NCBI RefSeq assembly: GCF_006345805.1 | Contig: NC_042998.1 | Location: 65,968,001-66,032,000, forward strand | Direction: 5' to 3' | Source: Octopus sinensis | Lineage: Eukaryota | Length of the DNA stretch: 64,000 nucleotides | Shown here: piece after piece, positions 1 to 12,859 of the stretch | Layout of the letters: the number at the start of each line of letters is the position of its first letter | How positions within the stretch are numbered: the stretch's first letter is position 1 | Position numbers and translations under genes: made by a program | The notes under the pieces: model-generated | Databases searched by the model: none | What the model was told of the DNA's origin: nothing | The model's input: the letters and a program-made list of their open reading frames with translations, nothing else

Positions 1-10
1 TTTGCCCCTC

Positions 11-605
11 ATGTTCCAGGGAGACACGCTCTCTCCACTCCTTTTCTGCTTGGGACTGACACCTGTATCTGTTGTGCTAAACAAAACTGGATGTGAATAC
101 AACTGCTACGGCAAAGCAATCAGCCAGTAATATATGGATGATATTAACCTGCTCGCTACAATTGGTAAATAGCTGGAAAAATTACTATAGACAGTACATG
201 AATTTACCAAATAAATAAGCATGATTATCTGGTTTAGAAAAATGTGCGGAAGCAACCTTGAAAGGAGGAAAACTGGTTAAGAGTAGGAACATCACACTAG
301 ATAAAGCAAATGAAATGAGAGTATTAGACCAAAGCCAAATATACAGATATTTAAGAATCGATGAAATAGATACGATACAACAAAAACAAGTGAAAGAAAA
401 ATAAATACTATACACGAGTTAGATAAATACTAAAAACAGGGCTCAGTTTTAAAACAAACTCATAATCTTGTTTTGTTAAATATTGTCTAGAAGAACACTA
501 TATACAAAACTAAATATATGACACCCTAGGCATAACACGAACATGAACCTCTAACGTATTTGTCTCTTGAAGTCTCTGAGTGAGACTTGGAGTCATCTTG
601 TACAA
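11..605 (+). mobile_element. R4/Dong-clade non-LTR retrotransposon, decayed RT fragment joined to its 3' end
   Basis: Translates FQGDTLSPLLFCLGLTP...YMDDINL...(frameshift)GLEKCAEATLKGGKLV...YRYLRI, the QGDxLSP/YMDD/KCA/YxYLG motifs of R4-type RT. It has several stops and ends in AAT-rich repeats. Confidence 0.8.
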
Positions 606-752
606 ATGCAAAGCAACAGTCAAACATATAATAATGATGATCATAATAATATTAATAAAAACAAGCAGAAGAAGAAGGAGAAGAAGGAGAAGAAGACGAA
701 GAAGAAAATGAAGAAGTAGAAGAAGAACATCAACAACAATACCAACAACAAG
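606..752. repeat. Compound (AAT)/(AAG)/(AAC) microsatellite
   Basis: Direct reading. Confidence 0.9.
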
Positions 753-958
753 ATCATTGCTCCCCCACTACTTCTACTCATTCTCAGATATGCACATATT
801 ATCAGTCACTAAAGGAATGCTCAACTGGTTTAGTTCAAACAACTCAAGCAAATATGTGGTATTGAGTAGAATATTTGCTGTAACCCATCTTTTATACCAA
901 GTGATAACTTGTACATGATAACACTTCCAATCAATTAAGATCAGAAGCAATGTGGGCC

Positions 959-1001
959 AGTGTCTGGTACTGCATCAGGCCCTAATGCAGTACCAGACAC
1001 T
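959..1001. repeat. 43-bp near-perfect palindrome
   Basis: agtgtctggtactgcatcagg-c-cctaatgcagtaccagacact: 21-bp arms, one mismatch, 1-nt spacer. Confidence 0.9.
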
Positions 1002-1129
1002 ATATAGACATTTAAATATATAATACAAACTCACAAACACACAAACACACGCCACGCACACGCACGCACACACCACGCACGCACGCACACACATACACGC
1101 ACACATTTATCTGTATTGCAATGTTTGCA

Positions 1130-2050
1130 TCCCGTTGGTAATGAACAGTTCACCTGCTTGTCAAAATATTCATTAATAGAAGATATGATGACATCAGTTC
1201 TGCTCTTCTGATTCTACGCCATATGTTTTTCCATGCTCGGGGAACAGATGGGAATGAGGTGGGACTAAATCTGGGGAACACGAGGCTGATCAACGAGTTC
1301 AAAATCACATTCACTTAGAGCAGCCATTGAAACGAAGGACCTGTCTACTGGAGCTGTGTTCTGATCAAACAATATTCCTTTGGTCTGTTTACTTGAGCGT
1401 CTAATCTTCATAGCATTTTGAAACTACAAGTTCGCATAATACTCTGCATTGATGATATTCACCTTTTGAAGATGGTCAATAAACACAATAAATTTTGCAT
1501 CTTAAAGTCTGCGGCCATTAACTACCCTACAGATGAAATGGCCTTGGCCTTTTTTGGAGCAGGTGAAGGGGTTTTACTACTGCATGGATTGATTAATTGG
1601 CCCTGGCTCAAAGTGTTGACGCTAACACTCATCCCGGGCTAGGACATTTTAAATGTAACCTGCTAGATCTGATATCCCCTGATGTGATGAGGCCCGAGCG
1701 ATTTTGACTATATGTCAGTAAACGTGGCACCAACAGAGCAGGAACTTTAATCTTGATTTATAGTGAATAGCCTGTCATCAGTCACTATGTTTCGAACAGC
1801 ATCAGTGTTTTCCTCGATGGAAGCAGTTTCAGGTTTCCCAGTCCTTGAGGGATCGTGAAAACCTTCCCTTAACCTCGTAAATTCCGACGCCCACTTTCCT
1901 GATGTTGATAAAGATGGGACATCTTCATCTAATGTAGCAAGCAAAGTCAGCATGAATATCCTCGGAGCTTATATCGTAAATCCTATCGTGTAGTATGATC
2001 GAACATATTTTCTGAGGTTTCCCTTTCAAGTATTAGATATGCATCTCCCA
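1130..2050 (-). mobile_element. Decayed mariner (DD34D) transposase
   Basis: ORF 1747-1953 (KWASEFTRLREGFHDPSRTGKPETASIEENTDAVRNIVTDDRLFTINQ) matches the mariner HTH region. Downstream frames give PKKAKAISSVG and GILFDQNTAP...DFELVDQP (DNAP/HPPYSP equivalents). Confidence 0.8.
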
Positions 2051-2833
2051 ATGTACGTTTAGTTACGAATTACTTTTTCCCCTTATATTGTATCGATTTT
2101 AAATCAAAATGTATGGCATAACAACCTAATATCGTTTTGAAATATTTCGTAAATATTTATTTCATTGCGCATCTTAATATCATCCTACCGTTACGAAAAA
2201 ATAACTTTTCACCGAATAGCTTCGTTTTTTAAAACTACTCAGCAACATTAACAATATTAGTGAAATAACAGAGATAAATTCATTGGGACATAAACGTGCT
2301 TTCCATCTTTCAGCTGTTGGGAAGCAGCTTGCTGTTCTTTCTAGTATATATTTCATCAGAACATATTCATTTTAACAGCGAAAAAATTAATTTATTATAT
2401 TTTCCCAATATGATTACTCTGTCAATTACTTCATCATTTCTTATGCGTTTCTACAGGCTTATTTTTAAGTTATAAATATTATGAGACAAATGACCATGTT
2501 TTTCTCTTTATATGCATATCATTATTTATCTCAGATTTATATTCTTTGATTTTTTGTATTCTATATCAAATGAAATATCTTGAAACTTTTTCAATTATCC
2601 CTGACATGTACCTTCATTACAGGTTCACATCACATAATTATATATATTCTCGATGAATTTCGTTATAACTGAAATTTAATAGATGCCTTTTCAAAGTGGA
2701 TGCGTTGTTAATTCGATAAAATTCTGCTCCTTTTTCCGTTTCTTCTTATAAATAAATTTAAATGATAAATATGTTTACGTAGTGTTACTCAAAATTATGT
2801 GAACATCTAATATTGAATCAATTGTTCGCAGAA

Positions 2834-2870
2834 ACCATAGGCCACAGCTCGTGAGCTGAAACTAGATAAA
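2834..2870 (+). mobile_element. 3'-tail stub of the same CR1-group LINE family
   Basis: ggccacagctcgtgagctgaaactag matches the LINE terminus at 5539-5562. Confidence 0.65.
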
Positions 2871-2889
2871 ATAAATAACATAAAATAAA

Positions 2890-5575
2890 TACATATTGCC
2901 CACCGGATGCCCCAAATCACATTGGCAAGTTTGAAGATTGCCTCACAAGAATTAAAGAAATCCTCATGAATCTGGAACACCACGTGACCATATTTCGTAT
3001 GAGTGATTTCAACTTCCCCAACGTCAAATGGCCCGAAGGTCTCATACTTTCAGGAATGAATCATTGCAAGCAAGTACAGGTGGAGTCCCTGTCCAACCTC
3101 ACCAACGCCTTATTCATGGAGCAAGTTGTACTCAAACTGACTGGGGCGAATAACATTCTGGATCTCTGCTTCACGAACAATATGGACATCATTCATGATG
3201 TGAAAGTGACACCGACATCAGTTTCGGATCACAACATAATAGAGCTGTCTATGTTTGGGCCAAAAGTAACCAAAGACATACAGCCTAAATGAAGCACCCG
3301 AAATCTCTCCAATCTGAAGTTCCACAAAGCAGATTGGAAATTGATCCAAAAAAGATCCACAGAGAGGACTGGCCGGAATGTCTCTCCACACCAGACATTG
3401 ACATGAAATTAGAATGTTTCATGTCTTCTGTGCAAGCCGTATGCCAGAAATATGTCCCAAGGCCAAAACAAATAGGAGCAAGATTCCAAGAGACAGGAAG
3501 ATCCTCATGAGACGACGGACGAAGGTAGCAAATCATCTCAACCAACATCCCAAAAGTAGCGAAACATCCCGCCTAAAAACAACAATAATGGAGATCGAAA
3601 AAAGGCTGCAACAATCCTATGTGAGGGAGACAGCAGACAAAGAAGCCTGGGTTATAAAAAACATTAAATCAAACCCAAAGGCCTTCTTTCATTACGCGAA
3701 AGAAACAGTCTCAGTGCACTACAAGATAGGACCCCTTCTCTAAAAGGATGGCTCCCTCACAGACAGTCGAACTAAGATCAGTGAGATGCTGAATGACCAG
3801 TTCAAAAGTGTCTTTACCACCCCGTTGGAACACAGACAAGTGAACGAACCAGTGGACTTCTTTGCCGCCTCACCTACAAGCAGCGAGGCGGTTACTATAG
3901 AATGTATTGACGTTAGCGAAGATGTCCTACAAGCCATAGATGAAGTGGACACAAACTCAACTGCTGGTCCAGATGGTTTCCCAGCAATCCTCCTCAAAGC
4001 GTTTAAGCATGCCCTGGCAATATCCCTCAAGATTCTCTTCCAGAGCTTTCTTGCGAATGGCAAACTGCCAAGCAAGCTGAAGGAGGGAATAATATGCCCA
4101 ATACATAAAGGGGGAAGTAGAGCAAATGCCAATAACTATAGGCCTACCTCTCTGACATCACACATCAGCAAAGTCATGGAACGGATAGTCAGAAAGAAAC
4201 TAATCGCCTTCCTTGAGGAAAATAACTTGCTGAGTGGTACCCAGCATGCTTTTCGACCATGTAGCAACTGCCTGACGCAGCTCTGACAACATTATGACTG
4301 GGTCTTGAGGCAGTTACTCAACCAATCGAATGTGGACGTAATCTACCTTGATTTTGCAAAAGCTTTTGACAAGGTGGATCATGTTATTATATGCCACAAA
4401 CTGGGTGACCTCGGCATAGCTGGAAAACTTGGAGCGTGGTTACATGATTTCCTGAAAGATAGGAGTCAGGCAGTATTCGTTAATGGAGCCACCTCTATGA
4501 ACACACAAATAGTGAGCGGTGTTCCACAGGGCACTGTCTTGAGACCACTGCTTTTTATAGTGGCCCTCTCAGATATGCCCTAAAATGACTGGATAGCCAC
4601 TCTGGCAAGCTGTGCAGACGATACGAAAGTCTCGCAGAAAATACAGAACCCCAGCGATGTTGCACACCTGCAGCAGAAGTTGGACTCAATCTACAGATGG
4701 GCTGAGGATAACAATATGCAGTTTAATGCTGAAAACGTCCAGGCCCTGCGCTACCAGCATCCAAAACTGAATATTAAACTTACAGGATACACCGGTCCAC
4801 AGGGAATTTCAATCTCAGAGCCTAAGTTTGTGAGGGACCTGGGTATCGACATGAATGATGATACCTCTTTACAGGATGGCGACAAAATGCTGACGACTGG
4901 CTGGATGGGTCCTAAGAACATTCAGAACCAGAGATAAGGAAACCATGATGGTCTTCTGGCGGACATTCGTCCTCAGCCACCTGGATTACTGCTCACAGCT
5001 ATGGTCACCCACCGGTGTAAAATTAACAGCGGACCTTGAAGCAATCCAGAGAAGATTCACAAAGAAAATCGTCTCTTTGCAACAGCTCAGCAACTGGGAA
5101 AGGTTGAAAAAGCTAAGACTCCACTCCTTGGAGAGAAGACGGGAGAGGTGTGCAGAAATATATGTCAGGAAGATCATGGATGGAATTGTACCAAATTTTG
5201 GCATTGAACGCTACACCAATGCTAGAACAGGATGACACTTCATAGTGCCAAAGATCCCAGCAATGTCATCACCCTTCAGGACCAGCTTCTGCAACAGCCT
5301 GGGTTTCAAGGGCCCACAGCATTTTAATATTCTCCCAAAAGAACTTGCACAAAGTAGATGTAGCGGTTTTTAAATCAAAGCTGGACATCTTCCTGTCGAG
5401 AGTCCCAGATGAACCTACCTCACGGCAAGAGGTGCAAATGAGAGTAGCTATATCAAACTCCATTCTTCACCAAGTGCCACATATTAGAGGAGGTTCTTCG
5501 TAATAACAGTGTAGCACAAAACGGCGGTGCATCAGCATGGCCGCAGCTCTGAGCTGAAACAAGAAAAAAAAAACA
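2890..5575 (+). mobile_element. 5'-truncated CR1-group LINE; ORF2 pseudogene (APE endonuclease end + reverse transcriptase + 3' UTR)
   Basis: Colinear ORF pieces 2966-5235: SDFNFPNVKW, NILDLCFTN, SDHNIIE (APE); GPDG, NYRPTSLTS, YLDFAKAFDKVDH, SGVPQGTVL, CADDTK, LDYCSQLWSP (RT and C-terminus). Frameshifts and stops are present, the end is A-rich, and there is a candidate TSD ataaataacat (2871-2881 / 5578-5588). Confidence 0.95.
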
Positions 5576-6732
5576 TAATAAATAACATTAGGGTAATAAG
5601 AATTATATAGACAATAGACTATATATTATTCACATAGAAATATCGTGTACATTAAAACACATCAAGAGGCTTCTACATAAGAAAGCCTTGTGCTAGAAAG
5701 AGCAGTAGAAAACTCGAACCACTATCGACAGTAATTAAAGCGTATACAGTAAAATCACATCTTTATTGTAGAATTCACCTTATATAGCCGACTATTGCAT
5801 AAAAATATAGGATATGATTGAAATTATTATTTTCAAAAATATATGTATACACAACATTCTTAAGGCACATCAAAACTTGTGAAATTCAAAGCCTTCAGAA
5901 ATGAATGCTTAGACGGAATGTAATCCAAGATATTTCTATATTCAACTAATAGTGTCGTCGGTAGATAACGAAACAAGAAATAAACATAAACCCTGCAATA
6001 AAACAAAGAGAAACAGAGAGAAATATAATCTAAAAAAGATCATATTTGTATTCGACTAGTGTTGACACAGCCCCATAACGAAACGACTAAGAATAACCAA
6101 GAATTTTAGTTTATGATAATTAAAAACAAAGATCTTACTTCACAACAATTCTTTATCTATGTATCAAATTTAGTAAACAATTTAGAAAAACTAACCTTAC
6201 TATATAATTTACGAAAAACATTGAGCATTGAAATATGTAATTTTGTTTCGAAATTTATGGCAACATTTCATTGTAACACTCCAATTAAATTTAATAAAAT
6301 CAGTTTAGAAGAAACATTTCTTGAAGGTAAATATCTCAGGTGGAATTACCAATATACTACGATGGTACGCAACTAATTATTGACTACTTTAAATCATACT
6401 TATGGTTCTTATCATTTAATTCTCAGATTCATTTACTAAGGTTTCTAGAATTACGTTCTCTTTTATACTTAAGCGAATGAGAATGATTATAAAATCTAGA
6501 TTTCCAAATTGTAGCAGCAAAGTAATATAATAATACTTATGATTCCCTGTTATTATCTTACACAGGTTACATATATATTTCCTTAAACACTGATTTTCTA
6601 AAGGGCTTACAATTGTTTTTACAATTACACAGGTAATTATTCACTTGTTTTTGGTTTTCTTGAACTACTTTCCGAAGCCATACATAATTCTATCTCTGCT
6701 AATACAATGATCAACTAGTTTTAATATTAATC

Positions 6733-6735
<3 letters not shown>

Positions 6736-6804
<69 letters not shown>

Positions 6805-6827
6805 TTAATAATAATAATAATAATAAT
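6736..6827. repeat. (AAT)n microsatellite
   Basis: Direct reading. Confidence 0.95.
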
Positions 6828-7135
6828 CCCGCAATAACATCTAATTCTGAGGTTAGTAGAAATTCTTTTAACCATGGATATTCGTTGCCCCCACTTTGCT
6901 ACACGTACCGCCATCTGTGGCATCTGGTGCAATGTATCCAGTAAGGGATATAACTAAGAATCTGATTTATCAACAAATGTACACATTGAAATAGGATTCA
7001 AATGTAAAATTGATTTCAATTCGTCATGATGAAAACTAGAAATTGGACTGGATGAGGCACTAGCTACGTCTTTGCATTTCAAACTTTTGAAAATCAGTGT
7101 AAACTGTGAAAGCGGTTAAACATTTAAATATAATA

Positions 7136-7650
7136 TTGCGTTGGCAACTAAGTCCCCGCCGTTTACTTTTAAATTCTGAAATTTCTTGCGTTTCTACATT
7201 TTGGGATCTAATTTTTTCGAGAATTCTCTTTTTTAATTATTCTGGAATCTTTTTTTCTTCTTGTAGTTTATCTTATTTATTTTTTGTTTATTTTCAGATT
7301 ATTAAAATGGAATGTCAAGTTAAGAAAGACGACCATTTTCGATACCTCTTTCCTTTTACTTTCAATCAAAGTTGTAACGCCACAAAAGCTTCTCACGTCA
7401 TTTGTGATGTGTATGGAGAGGGTGTCATAGCTGAAATAACCGCTCGTGATTTGTATGCTAATTTCAAAAATGGAAATTTGACCTCAAAAACGCACCTCGT
7501 TTTGGCCGTCCAGTTGAGTTCGATGAAGAGCGATTAAATCAAATTTTGCACGTAAATTCTCTTCAAACGAAAAGGGAAGTTTCAGGGAAAATGGAATGCT
7601 CCCACACTGCTATAGAGAAGCATCTTTACTCGAAGGGAAAGTTCTCTTAC
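7136..7650 (+). mobile_element. Mariner 5' half (TIR + transposase N-terminus)
   Basis: TA + ttgcgttggcaactaagt TIR-like start. ATG 7307 gives MECQVKKDDHFRYLFPFTFNQSCNATKASHVICDVYGEGVIAEITARDLYANFKNGN, a mariner paired-like HTH. Confidence 0.85.
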
Positions 7651-10224
7651 GATGCATGCTCACAATTAACTGCCTGTAGCGGGTTGCTTAGAGGTCAGTG
7701 ATTTCATAAAGAAACCCCTAGAATGTTTACCAGTTTTAGAAGTGACTGAAACAAATAAATGATAACTGATAATATAATTAATAAGAAATAAGGAAGGCGG
7801 GCAATAGCCCATGGTAGTTCTGCACTCATTTTTGCTAAATTACAAGTTCGGCAGTATTCTTCAGCCCTGTTATATATCACACTCATTATGCAATTATAAA
7901 CAAAATTATAATCAAATATTACATTGTATGTGAACGAGTTACATGGCATGGTATGCATAAGAAAACTATTTTATCTTTAAATTCACACAAAACTTACATT
8001 TTTAAACATCTAAAAGATGCTTCAAATCTTTATTAGTCCAGAGTATATTTTTCAATTGTTTCATGAACGGCAACATTAAGTAATCAATAAAGAACTAATT
8101 TTAATTTAATAAATCAAAATATAAAAATGAAGCTTTATCAATAAAATGAAGTAAGTAATATATCTACCTCCATTTTACATCAAAATTAATGTTGTTAAAT
8201 GAGAAAAAAAGTAGATAATTTAAATGTATATTGCAAAGAGTGTTGTGTAATGGGGAAGTTATAAAATCAAAATTTATTGCCCATTAAAACTTAAGGTTAT
8301 TTATAATTTAGTGTTTCAAAAATTAAAGTAATGTTATTAGTTTAATATTTTCTTAAGATTTAATTTGAAACAAAATTTTACAGTAGACACGAAATTTCCT
8401 CGACATAAACGCTCTCATAAAATTATACATTAATATACATACATACATATTGGCAGATAGATATAAATGTACCAGTGTGTGAGTATATGCGTTTTCATGT
8501 GTGTGGGCTTGTGTATATGTTTCTGTGTATGTTTGTATTATATGTTTATATATTTATGTGTGTATGCTCCATCAAATAGTACTTATAAACATTCCTATTA
8601 CAATCTATTATTATATAATTGTAAATTGAATCTCATTAATCTCTGCTGTCATTAACTTCAGCACCATTATCTTTTTTCATTTAACATCATATACTTGAAA
8701 AATGTACACTTAGCATTAGTCTGCAACATATATTTATATTCCTTCATTTCTTAATAATATTTATGTGTTCAACGTTTGCGATTTTCCTTCTGATTTTCTT
8801 TCTCTCGGCTTCATATATATGGCAATATTTATGTAAGTTATATTAAACTATTAATATAATTATACAACAAATTAATATATATACCTATCACGCCAGCTAA
8901 GGTCTGTAGTGCACATACTGCATGACGAATACATTAATTGTTGTATCTCACTGAAGATAATTTGTGGACGCCTAATGGACATGTTACAATTGTTATCTAC
9001 ACAACGGTGTTTTTTTTCTGTGCGTACTGTTGCATGGCAAATAATATAGCTTTTCACAACACACATTTATGCGCACACATATACACACATTAACACAGAA
9101 CACTACACTCAGATATACTACACTATACATAGGTGCACGCCAAAACATACTTACGTATACAGACATTTTGTTTGGGTACGTGAATAGTTATTTATGGAGG
9201 AAAACATAATGATCTGTGTAGAATGGCTGACCAGGGAAAGGCTATGTCAATATTTATCAACATAATCTTTATTTAGTAACTCCCGTGTTCCAGGTTTTCG
9301 TTCTGTTTTTTTAACGTTCTTTCTTCATTGTATAGTGTGCTTTGAAATATTGATTTCAACAAATTTGTAATCCTGTTTCTTGACGGTACGTATATATATT
9401 TTCTATTATATACTTTTATAATAAGAGATCTACACAAATGTTAGTCATATCTTACATGATACTTCTACTTAATTGGATATAATCAATACTTTGTTTGGGA
9501 TTAATGCCGGCTTATGATAAAACCACTAGCCTGCAGAAGAGTTTGTTAAAATTTACTTAGATGCTAGATTTTGCTTGATTTGTGGAGGATGAGATGTGAT
9601 ATAGATCTCTATTTACGTATGCACACAATTAAATTTCATAAATTTAATTTTGTATTGGTAAATATACTTTACGTCGGTAGTTGGACTCCTTGTAGACATT
9701 TGTATCACGTGTTTACTACGCAGGCAATAATTTCTGGGAAAATGACAAATAGAACTCTTTTACGCATGTTTGCTAATGATTTTATTGGTTGTATGATTAA
9801 GCAACCATTTAAAACCAAAATATTAGGTTGCTAATTTAAATAAATTCTATACTCGTTAAATAAAATCGTGGTTCGGATATTATAATAGTATATCAATGAT
9901 CCTTAATGTGAATCACACTGATTTATTTAGAAAGCATTACTGCAACTTTCCTCACTAAATAATAACGGCATTTTTGTACCTTCTATTTCTTTGTGACGTC
10001 TTGCATCTAATACCGATACTTTTTTATATAAATTACAATCACATATTCACTGCTGTACAGTCTCACATTGTAAGCTGATAGTAGATCGTTATGTGCAGAT
10101 TGTTCTTTGAATAAACACGTTAACTACCACGTTGTTTGAACTTATAGATGACGCCACGTATTTCCTATCACACTGCACACAATGTGATTAGAAGTAAATG
10201 TAATTTTTATTATTAATATAATTA

Positions 10225-10440
10225 GACGGCGTGTGGCAGAATCGTTAAAACAGCGGGCAAAATTCTTAGAGGCATTTCCTCCGTCATTACGTCCTCAATT
10301 CAAATTCCGCCGAGGTCGACTTTGCCTTCCATTCTTTCGGAGGCCAATAGAATGAATACCAGTCGAGCACTGAGAGTCATGTAATAGAATAGACCCTGCC
10401 ACCAAAATTCCAAGCATTGTGCCTGTAGTAGTAAGTGTTA
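10225..10440 (+). mobile_element. tRNA-derived SINE family A (short-tail type)
   Basis: Head with A-box-like tggcagaatcgttaa and B-box-like caattcaaattcc, body gaggtcgactttgcc, followed by an (ATT)n tail. Confidence 0.8.
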
Positions 10441-10470
10441 TTATAATAATAATAATAATGATAATTATTA

Positions 10471-10531
<61 letters not shown>
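10441..10531. repeat. (AAT)/(ATT)n microsatellite (SINE tail expansion)
   Basis: Direct reading. Confidence 0.9.
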
Positions 10532-10532
<1 letters not shown>

Positions 10533-10658
10533 TTACAATATTTCTTAATTAAAATTTGATATCTAGGACTCATATTTAAATATCCTCGAAACTATATAAA
10601 AGATAGAGACAAAGATAGTTTCTCAAATTATGTAAATGTACCGCCGGTAATGTATACC

Positions 10659-10895
10659 AGCGGTGAGCTGGCAGAAACGTTAGCACGGCGGGCGAGATGC
10701 TTAGTGGTATTTCGTCTGCCGCTACGTTCTGAGTTCAAATTCTTCCGAGGTCAACTTTGCCTTTCATCCTTTCGGGGTCGATTAAATAAGTACCAATTAC
10801 GCACTGGGGTCGATATAATCGACTTAATCCGTTTGTCTGTCCTTGTTTGTTCCCTCTGTGTATAGCCCCTTGTGGGCAGTAAAGAAATAGGTATT
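10659..10895 (+). mobile_element. SINE family A (long-tail type), full length
   Basis: gcggtgagctggcagaaacgttagc...gagttcaaattc...ggggtcgat...tagccccttgtgggcagtaaagaaataggtatt; matches the copies at 41446-42028 and 45459. Confidence 0.9.
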
Positions 10896-11519
10896 GTATA
10901 TGTCGGTTGTGTAAAGTTTACGATAGACCACAGGTCCCAGATGTAGCGGTTAACGTGATTAGCAAAGTTATTACTTTTATACATATCAATTGTGTATGTG
11001 TGTGTGTTTCTTCTTTAATTACTTTAAGTAGTTATTTTTAAAGTTAACATTTTATGTACGTTTGTTACAGCTTCGAATGAAACGCCTAGCAACACGTATT
11101 CTTTTTCAACCACTTAATCTTTAAGAAAGAAATCTCACTGAAGTTCTCGTCAATAAATGATAGATGTGACATTTAAAATGATTAGCTAAGTTATTAGTTT
11201 TATACTTTTTAATTCAGTGTGTGTGTGCGTGTGTGTGTGTGAGTGTATGTGTGTGTGTATTTCTTCTGAAATTTCTTTAATTTTAAAGTTGTTTTTCAAT
11301 TTACATTTTACCGACCCATATGTTACAGATTTGAATGAAACTTCGTGCATCATATTTTCTTCTTTTCAACCACTTAATCTTCAGAAAACAAATTCACCTC
11401 ATGTTGTGTTTACTATATGTCCTTCATGGTCCTTACAAAACTACCTCTGGAATATTCGGAGCGATGTAATCACCCAACCCTCTGTCCAGCATAAAGACAT
11501 TTAAAAAAATATTTGTTTC

Positions 11520-11712
11520 AAATTTTGACACAGAGCCAACAATTTCGGATAAGTGGGTAAGTTGATTACATCCCTCCTCGATACTGTTATCGGCCCCGAA
11601 AAAAGGTTATGTCGATCCTGGCACCATTTCGACTCAGAAAGTAAAGTTTGAAAAAAAAAACCGTTAAGTATTTTTTTTCCCCGGTGAGGCAACGATACCA
11701 CTAGCTCACCAC
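11520..11712 (-). mobile_element. Decayed SINE family A
   Basis: Reverse complement retains gtggtgagctagtgg head and ctgagtcgaaat B-box remnant. Confidence 0.55.
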
Positions 11713-11754
11713 TTTACATTTCGTTAATATTAGAACCAATGTAATCGGCAATTT

Positions 11755-11915
11755 GTGGGCTGCGAGTAAATCATTTCTATTGCCTGGTCCTCAACTGGTA
11801 TTTATATTATCGATCCAGAAAGGAGGAAATGCAAAGTTGGCCCCAATGGAATTTGAACTCAGAACTTAAAGATGGACGAAATAAGGCTAAGCATTTTGGT
11901 CGACATGCTAACTCC
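11755..11915 (-). mobile_element. Decayed SINE family A
   Basis: Reverse complement contains tctgagttcaaattcc...aactttgcatttcctcctttc. Confidence 0.6.
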
Positions 11916-12859
11916 AATTTATTAATATTTGTATCAATTGTTTATGATCAGTTATATAGATGATGGCAACAAAGAAATACCTTGCAAAATTTTATCTGTG
12001 TTGAATTATTTGTATTAGAATCTAATGCCAATAGTCTTTATTTTGTTTTCTTTTTTTATTTTCTAGGACCGTTGAAAATAAATACAAGTTAAGTATTAAG
12101 ATACATTTACGGTATTAAGAACCTCCACCAAATATTGGGCCTTGTCCTTATATTAAGCACAATAAAGAATAAAGAGCAGAACTTACAACGATAGGGGAAG
12201 ACAATTATCACTGAAAACGCTAACTGCTAGAAAACAGCGACGAATAAGTTTGACTAAGAAAAAAGCTTTTGATTGTTTAAACCATTACATTAAACAAACG
12301 ATTGATTAGTTAGATGGTTAGATATTTAAACAGTTCATTAACAATAAAGAACTGAGACTGAAATTATGTGTCTGTTATTGTTATTGACACCACATGTTTT
12401 AACAGAATTATTTAAGCTTCATGCAAAATATCTTTTATTCTCGTTAAAACACTGCGTGGCTTGATTTCAAATGACGCCGATATTTTACGTTTCAATACAT
12501 ATTGATTTAATACATGTCAATAAGATTATATAAAAAGTAAATTACCAGAGGATGATATTAACGACTAACAATGTATATACAATTACTTGTTTTGAATCTT
12601 GTCTACATTGCAAACAAATATACTTAGGTTTTCATCAGAGATAACTGACTAGAAATCCAATAATAAAAATATTATATAATGAATATCCAAAGATAACATT
12701 GAAAATACTAATAATATGATGGATTTAAGAAACAAGTGCTTCTTAAAAGGGAGACATTAATACACGGTAGAAATCAAAATATTTGTTTATATATATATCT
12801 CGTTGAGTAAAAATTAAAGAACGTTTTGTAACATGAAATTCATCACAAGATATTACAAT

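Noticed and set aside
3285-5463. Minus-strand ORFs inside the LINE
   Set aside because: Antisense shadows of ORF2
11070-11400. Diverged local duplication of about 70 bp (ttacag…ttttcaaccacttaatct)
   Set aside because: Real but short and old, with no coding or structural signal; probably repeat debris
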